Below, one piece after another: positions 26,912 through 32,000 of a DNA stretch of 32,000 nt; the stretch's first letter is position 1, and each line of letters starts with the position of its first letter. Below the pieces are notes generated by a model that saw nothing but the letters and a program-made list of their open reading frames with translations, had not been told where the DNA came from and ran no database searches. A program made the translations under genes and the position numbers. This DNA is from Promethearchaeota archaeon (GTDB lineage: Archaea; Asgardarchaeota; Lokiarchaeia; Sigyniarchaeales; SOKP01), in contig JAUWGH010000012.1 in NCBI GenBank assembly GCA_030606485.1, positions 1 to 32,000 on the forward strand, in the 5' to 3' direction.

Positions 26912-28690
26912 ATGAAAGTTTGGATATTTACCTTTGAATACGTAGGTATTTTGAAAGTTGGCGGATTAGGTGAGGTTCCGGCAAACCAAGCAAAATCCCT
27001 TAAAGATGAGTTGGATATTACAATCTTTATGCCTTCCCATGGTAAAAAAGATAATTTTCAATCAAGTTCGAATATATTTGATTTAGGATTAAATTTTACG
27101 GGGGATTTTATCCCATATGAGTTTGATATTCATATTTCACACGCAAAATATGATATTTCACTACATAAAGTAGAAGTTAATGGAATAAATGTTATATTAG
27201 TTTCCGGAAATAATGAAATTTCAAAAAAGATTTTAGAAGATCCACGTGTTTATAGTCCTGAATCTTTATCTGGAAAAATTGGATTATTTAGCTATGCAAT
27301 TAGACATTATGTGGAATATTTAATTGAAAATAATCCAAATTTATTACCTGATATTGTGCATATTCATGATTATCATCCATTCATAGCTTTTATCGCTATG
27401 AAACAGGAATTATTAAAACATGATTTAAATATTCCTTCTATTATTACATTTCATTTATTGACATGGCCAAGAAAAAATAAGCGTTTTCTAAAAGCATGTG
27501 GCATTGATGATACATCTCTGCTAATTTGGTTGGATAATGAGAAAAAAAAATTATCATTTGAGGAAATTTTTGAATTAGCAAGAAACAATGAACGTATGAA
27601 TCCTTCATTAGAAAAAATTTGCGCATTAATTGCAGACATCATAACTTCAGTGAGTAAATCATACTTAGAATCAGATGTAATACCCAATCTTGGAGGTGAT
27701 TTAATTTTTCCCAAATCAGATTTTGTATGGGATGGATGTGACTGGGATTACGATGAAATAATAACTGAGATTAAAAACAAATTTTCTAAAGAAATTATAA
27801 ATTTTGCTGGCATTACTGATTATTCAAAAATATCCCGATGGGATATGAGAAGATTTCTATTAAAATTTAAAATTGAGAATATTCCTAAAAATGAACCAAT
27901 TATTACATCGAAAATCGTTTTAAAGGTTGTTAATTCTATAAATGGGGTTTATCCAATACTCCAAGATCGAAAGGTTAAAGCGTTTAATGAAGATGGCCCT
28001 TTAATTCTAACTTCAGGTAGAATTTCACATCAAAAAGGAATAGATACTATTTTAAAATCAATTCCTCTAGTAATTGAGAAGGTTCCTAAAGCAAGATTTT
28101 TAATGCTTTTGATGCCCAACGAATATACTCTGGAGGATGTCAAATCTTATGCTAAATTCATGAAAATTCATCCTCAAAATCTTAGAATTTTATTTGGCAA
28201 ATCAATATCAATTTATCATCTTGCCCATATTTGCGCGGATCTTTATTGTTGTCCTTCTAGATGGGAACCCTTTGGAATTATTGCGCTTGAAGCCATGTCT
28301 TCCAAAATCCCAGTAATCGCCACTAAAGTAGGAGGTTTTCAAGAATCCATAATCGACCTTAATAATGACTTAGAAAATGGAACAGGAATTCTAGTTAAGA
28401 AAGAAAATCCAGAAGAATTAGCTAATGCACTTGTTTCAATGTTAATCACTTCTGAAATTTGTAGAATAAAGAAGACTAAAGACCTAATCCCAAAATCTGA
28501 ATTGAATTTAATGGTGCATGATATCTTCTATCCTGCTCTTAGAAAGAGAGTTATAGAGGATAACCTTTATTATGATAAGATTAAGGAGAATTGTCTGAAG
28601 AGAGTAGAGGAAAATTTCAGATGGAAAATAGTCTCTAAAAAACTTCTCTCTCTCTATAATAAGTCAAAAAAATTAATAAAAAATAATTAA
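26912..28690 (+). CDS. glgA: Glycogen synthase (GT5, archaeal type)
   Basis: KVGGLGEV (KxGGL), HIHDYH, TFHLL, TSVSKSY, GRISHQKG, PSRWEPFGIIALEAM. Confidence 0.88.
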   Translation: MKVWIFTFEYVGILKVGGLGEVPANQAKSLKDELDITIFMPSHGKKDNFQSSSNIFDLGLNFTGDFIPYEFDIHISHAKYDISLHKVEVNGINVILVSGNNEISKKILEDPRVYSPESLSGKIGLFSYAIRHYVEYLIENNPNLLPDIVHIHDYHPFIAFIAMKQELLKHDLNIPSIITFHLLTWPRKNKRFLKACGIDDTSLLIWLDNEKKKLSFEEIFELARNNERMNPSLEKICALIADIITSVSKSYLESDVIPNLGGDLIFPKSDFVWDGCDWDYDEIITEIKNKFSKEIINFAGITDYSKISRWDMRRFLLKFKIENIPKNEPIITSKIVLKVVNSINGVYPILQDRKVKAFNEDGPLILTSGRISHQKGIDTILKSIPLVIEKVPKARFLMLLMPNEYTLEDVKSYAKFMKIHPQNLRILFGKSISIYHLAHICADLYCCPSRWEPFGIIALEAMSSKIPVIATKVGGFQESIIDLNNDLENGTGILVKKENPEELANALVSMLITSEICRIKKTKDLIPKSELNLMVHDIFYPALRKRVIEDNLYYDKIKENCLKRVEENFRWKIVSKKLLSLYNKSKKLIKNN

Positions 28691-28705
28691 CAGAGGGAAT
28701 ATGGT

Positions 28706-29119
28706 ATGGAGGAATTGTTAAGGTGGCATGCTCCTTGCGGAATTTATTGTAAAGCTTGTCCTGGAATAAGATTTTATAACTGTAAGGGATGTCGAGAAGA
28801 AAAAGGTAGAATATCTAAATTTCCTACATGCAAAACTTTTGAGTGTGTTATTAGTAAGGGATATGATTTTTGTTATGAATGTGAAGAATTTCCTTGCGAA
28901 ATGCTTATGCCTATCGTTAATTTTGAAATCTTTTTACCACATAATTCGAAAGTCTACAACTCAGTTATGATAAAGAAACTAGGTTTAGAAGAATGGTCAA
29001 ACATTTGCGAAGAAAGAACCAATTATTATTATAAAGGAAAAAAAATTCGCTATGGTGGCGATCCACTTACCCTTGAAAAAAAAGATGCGAGTTTGTATAA
29101 AAAAAAGGAAAAGAAATAA
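28706..29119 (+). CDS. DUF3795 Cys-rich protein
   Basis: APCGIYCKAC, CKGCR, CKTFEC...GYDFCYECEEFPC; GAGGGA upstream; 15 bp after glgA. Confidence 0.85.
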   Translation: MEELLRWHAPCGIYCKACPGIRFYNCKGCREEKGRISKFPTCKTFECVISKGYDFCYECEEFPCEMLMPIVNFEIFLPHNSKVYNSVMIKKLGLEEWSNICEERTNYYYKGKKIRYGGDPLTLEKKDASLYKKKEKK

Positions 29120-29168
29120 TTGGTTTGACAAAAATAACAATATCTGTGAGAATTCAAGGGATTAAAAA

Positions 29169-29234
29169 ATGGTAAAAAAAATCCTTGCGACTGGTGCATC
29201 TGGTTCAACGGTTGGGGAAACTTTTAAGGAGTAA
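29169..29234 (+). pseudogene. Remnant of an NAD(P)-binding SDR/epimerase 5' end
   Basis: ATG at 29169 gives MVKKILATGASGSTVGETFKE*, a Rossmann beta1-TGxxG-alphaA start. It stops after 21 codons, and downstream in-frame text (YRREESCLF*K*) is broken by further stops. Confidence 0.6.
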
Positions 29235-29359
29235 TATAGAAGAGAAGAATCTTGTTTATTCTAAAAGTGAAGTTATAAATCTCATTGAGAATTGCAACAC
29301 CGACATGAACTATTTTTTACAATTTTAAATAGTTTTTTCTTTAAGAAAGAATGAAGTAA

Positions 29360-29971
29360 ATGTTATTTTTTGATTTTGACCCGTTTGGTGGTTTTATAAT
29401 GGCATTTAGTGACGTTATAGATATGATAATAAACATTTATATCATAATTCTGCCGTACATGAAAAATATATTTGCGACTATTTTTCTAATAATGGGAATC
29501 TTATTGATTTATAAGATCTTTTTCAAAAGGAGAAAGAATGTAAAAATTAAAACCGGATATTATCAACCTATTATTCCAGAGACTTTATTAGGTATTTTTT
29601 ATATAATACTTGCATGGGGATTATATTTTGATTTTATCTTAATGTTAATTATTAATATAAGTGAATTAGCTCCTCCACCCTTGATATTTTATATTATTGA
29701 ATCGCTTGGATATTCTGGATTTGCTGATATATTTGTCCCTCTAACTTCAGAATGGCAGAATTTAAATAATCTCCAGCTGCTGGGCATGTTATTTATTGGA
29801 ACTATATCTATTTTAGGTTTTATTTTATTAATTTATGGAATTCTAGTATTTATCAATAAGGATCTTAAGGGAAAGAAGAATAGTTTTGGTTCGATAATTG
29901 GAGGTTTTGCAATTATTTTAATTTTGGGTTTATCTCCAGGAGCTTCTCTATTATTAATAAACTCAATATAA
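29360..29971 (+). CDS. Hypothetical integral membrane protein (about 4-5 TM)
   Basis: 203-aa ORF with several long hydrophobic stretches; no family recognised. Confidence 0.6.
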   Translation: MLFFDFDPFGGFIMAFSDVIDMIINIYIIILPYMKNIFATIFLIMGILLIYKIFFKRRKNVKIKTGYYQPIIPETLLGIFYIILAWGLYFDFILMLIINISELAPPPLIFYIIESLGYSGFADIFVPLTSEWQNLNNLQLLGMLFIGTISILGFILLIYGILVFINKDLKGKKNSFGSIIGGFAIILILGLSPGASLLLINSI

Positions 29972-30074
29972 GAAATTCACTTCTTTTATTTCCATGAATT
30001 AATTAAACCTTAAGAATGGAAATATTGGAACTGGTTAAAAAAAAACTTTTCAGTTATGAATAATTCTTATTATA

Positions 30075-31301
30075 ATGAGAAATCGTATTATTCTACTTCT
30101 ATCGGTTTTTTTCCAAATGGCTGGAGGGATCTCATTTTTTACATATTATCCAAGATTTCTTTCAGCTCTTGGTGCTGATAATTTCCTCATTAGCTTTATT
30201 ATTTCAATGTTTTCATTAGCTTCTTTTATTTTTCCATCAATAATTGGCTTTTTTTCTGACAAATTTCAAACAAGAAAGAAGTTTATTAGATACGGAATTA
30301 TCGGGAATATAATTATTATAATTCCCATATTTTTTATAGGAATAGAATACATATGGATTTATTTTCCTTTAATTTTTATTAGTGGGTTTTTTATAAATTG
30401 TTATGGCATGATTTATCCTTTATTTTCAGAAGTTTGTTTAAATGATTCAAAATGGATTTCTTATTACAGTGCAGTTGTTGCTTCAGCATGGTTCTTTGGT
30501 TCTTTTTTTTGTGGAATATATGTAGATCTTATCGGAATTGAATATTTATTTTATTATTATATCTCATTTTTATTAATCAGTTTTATTTTTTCTTTATTTA
30601 TAAAAGAGGATAGAGAAGAAATATTTAAGTTAAACAAATCTTTAAAAAAGGATAATCTTGTAAATGTTGATTTAGAGAAAATTCAACATGATAATATATT
30701 AAATACTATATCTTATTCTCTTTATTTTGCATTATTTTTTAGAAATTTTGGAATTCGCCCTATTTTTAATGTACTTGCGATCTTTTTTGCTTTAACTTTA
30801 ACATCAGATATAGAAATCGGTTTTTTAATTAGTATAAATTTTTTACTTCAAATTGCCATTTCAGTTATGATTGGAAGAATTATTAATAAGAAAAACATGA
30901 AATTCATACTTATTTTAGGATTTATATTTAGCTCATTTGCTATGCTTGGATATTATTTCTCACGAGATTTCTGGGGTTTTCTAATTGCTCAATTACTAGT
31001 AAGCATCAGTTATGCTGCCTTTTGGACAGCATCAATTATATATATCTCCCAAAACACTACACCTGAGAATAAGGGGCGTTATGTTGGTCATGCAAATTCA
31101 TTTTTTAGTTTAGGAAACTTTACGGGAAATATTTTTTTTGGAATCCTATTAATGATAAATGATAATTTTTATTTTACTATTCTTGTATTGTTCTTATTCC
31201 CAACCATTTCTGCATTATTTATCCTTTTTGGATTCAAATCAACTAAAACAATGGAAATTAAAAATAACCTTCATTCCAAAAGGGAAATAATTGCTGTGTA
31301 A
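30075..31301 (+). CDS. MFS transporter (MFS_1)
   Basis: About 12 TM segments; GFFSDKFQTRKK motif A; central hydrophilic loop; IYISQNTTPENKGRYVG. Confidence 0.88.
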   Translation: MRNRIILLLSVFFQMAGGISFFTYYPRFLSALGADNFLISFIISMFSLASFIFPSIIGFFSDKFQTRKKFIRYGIIGNIIIIIPIFFIGIEYIWIYFPLIFISGFFINCYGMIYPLFSEVCLNDSKWISYYSAVVASAWFFGSFFCGIYVDLIGIEYLFYYYISFLLISFIFSLFIKEDREEIFKLNKSLKKDNLVNVDLEKIQHDNILNTISYSLYFALFFRNFGIRPIFNVLAIFFALTLTSDIEIGFLISINFLLQIAISVMIGRIINKKNMKFILILGFIFSSFAMLGYYFSRDFWGFLIAQLLVSISYAAFWTASIIYISQNTTPENKGRYVGHANSFFSLGNFTGNIFFGILLMINDNFYFTILVLFLFPTISALFILFGFKSTKTMEIKNNLHSKREIIAV

Positions 31302-32000
31302 TTGCACCCTTTTTATCAGGTATAACTTCAATTTCATCTCTAAGCCAAGATGATATCCATTTTATTTTGTCTTTAAACCTATTATCTAGAAATATTATTG
31401 CTCCTTTATCTTTAATTAACCTAATTGGCCGTCCAGCTGCTTGATTCGCTCTCTCAATTGCCGGGTATAAGTAACCGAATATCCAGCCTTTCTTATTAAA
31501 AACATTATCATAATATTTAATTTTAGCATTAACCCGTGGCGTAGGGATATGATACGGGAAACCAGCTATAACAACAGAATTCATGAATTCAGCAGGATAA
31601 TCTTCTCCTTCGCTGTTTCGACCACCGCATACCCCTAAGAGCACAGCTCCAGTATTTTTTCCTTCATTTTTAAATTTTTCAATCATTACTGCATTTTCTG
31701 CTGCAGAAATATTTGAATCTTCAATAAATAATATTTTATTGTATTTTTGAACTATTTGTTCAATATCTTGCTTTAAAAGTGCTTTAAGCACATTATAAGA
31801 TGCACAAAATATACCTACATTCCCCGGGGTGCAATAAATCACTTCTTCAATTTTATAAACCATCTTTTTATATGTTTGAGCATTTCTATTTTCTTTTTTT
31901 GTGTTTACGTTCTCAATGATTAAAGCTTTAATATTCTTTTTTGGGAAGGGGGATGGTGATACAATTACTTTTGTTGCTTTACCGGTTTCATTTAATCCCA
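31258..32000 (-). CDS. XPD/Rad3/DinG-family helicase, C-terminal part; 5'-partial
   Basis: The frame stays open from 31863 to the window end (...VIVSPSPFPKKNIKALII...). Motifs: GNVGIFCASY, GRNSEGEDY, VVIAGFPY, QAAGRPIR...DKGAIIFLDNRF. Confidence 0.9.
   Translation of the reverse strand, partial: GLNETGKATKVIVSPSPFPKKNIKALIIENVNTKKENRNAQTYKKMVYKIEEVIYCTPGNVGIFCASYNVLKALLKQDIEQIVQKYNKILFIEDSNISAAENAVMIEKFKNEGKNTGAVLLGVCGGRNSEGEDYPAEFMNSVVIAGFPYHIPTPRVNAKIKYYDNVFNKKGWIFGYLYPAIERANQAAGRPIRLIKDKGAIIFLDNRFKDKIKWISSWLRDEIEVIPDKKGAITQQLFPFWNEGYF

Noticed and set aside
32-27714. Remaining 60-90 aa track ORFs (32, 4397, 6972, 7527, 8838, 13428, 24340, 24981, 25343, 26256, 27444, 27451)
   Set aside because: All overlap longer recognisable genes in another frame or strand and show no protein-like motifs.
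26912-28690. Glycogen synthase longer than Thermococcales enzymes
   Set aside because: Crenarchaeal-type glycogen synthases are of similar length as recalled; not evidence of novelty.
29187-29222. Locally GC-richer stretch containing GGTTCAA, reminiscent of a tRNA T-loop
   Set aside because: No cloverleaf or acceptor stem can be built; better explained as the SDR remnant codons for ATGASGSTVG.
1-32000. CRISPR array, IS element, integrase, prophage or defence island
   Set aside because: No regularly spaced repeats, terminal inverted repeats, transposase/integrase motifs or defence-gene motifs were seen. The AT-rich CPBP/Abi-like gene lacks any defence context.

Overview
AT-rich window (roughly 30% GC by eye, not computed), densely coding, with about 27 protein genes. 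The gene content points to an Asgard archaeon, most likely Lokiarchaeia/Promethearchaeota: ribosomal eL33/L35Ae, 3-dehydroquinate synthase II, a GH57 hydrolase and archaeal glycogen synthase, together with eukaryotic-signature proteins (two Roadblock/LC7 proteins, a longin-like protein, a uDENN/NPRL2-like protein and an ESCRT-III/Snf7 subunit). The most striking locus is 11578-14162. There a Vps20/32/60-type ESCRT-III gene lies tail-to-tail with a 618-aa protein built from six CxxC pairs (B-box-like plus Zn ribbon), a coiled coil, a PH/GRAM(GLUE)-like domain, an N/Q/Y/P prion-like region and a C-terminal segment that aligns without gaps to the ESCRT-I Vps23/TSG101 steadiness box. This suggests a UEV-less ESCRT-I-like adaptor linked to ESCRT-III. 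Other oddities are a GH130 glycosidase fused to a DUF2582-like winged helix next to a GT4/six-hairpin fusion, a Zn-ribbon CAAX-protease homologue that has lost its catalytic residues, a Roadblock protein with a ~210-aa acidic tail, an FAD oxidase/CCG Fe-S pair with non-canonical active-site motifs, a 16-bp duplication creating a uORF over the ESCRT-III start, and a short SDR pseudogene remnant. Genes at both window edges are partial. No rRNA, tRNA, CRISPR array or mobile element was found. All family assignments come from motif recognition from memory; no searches were run.
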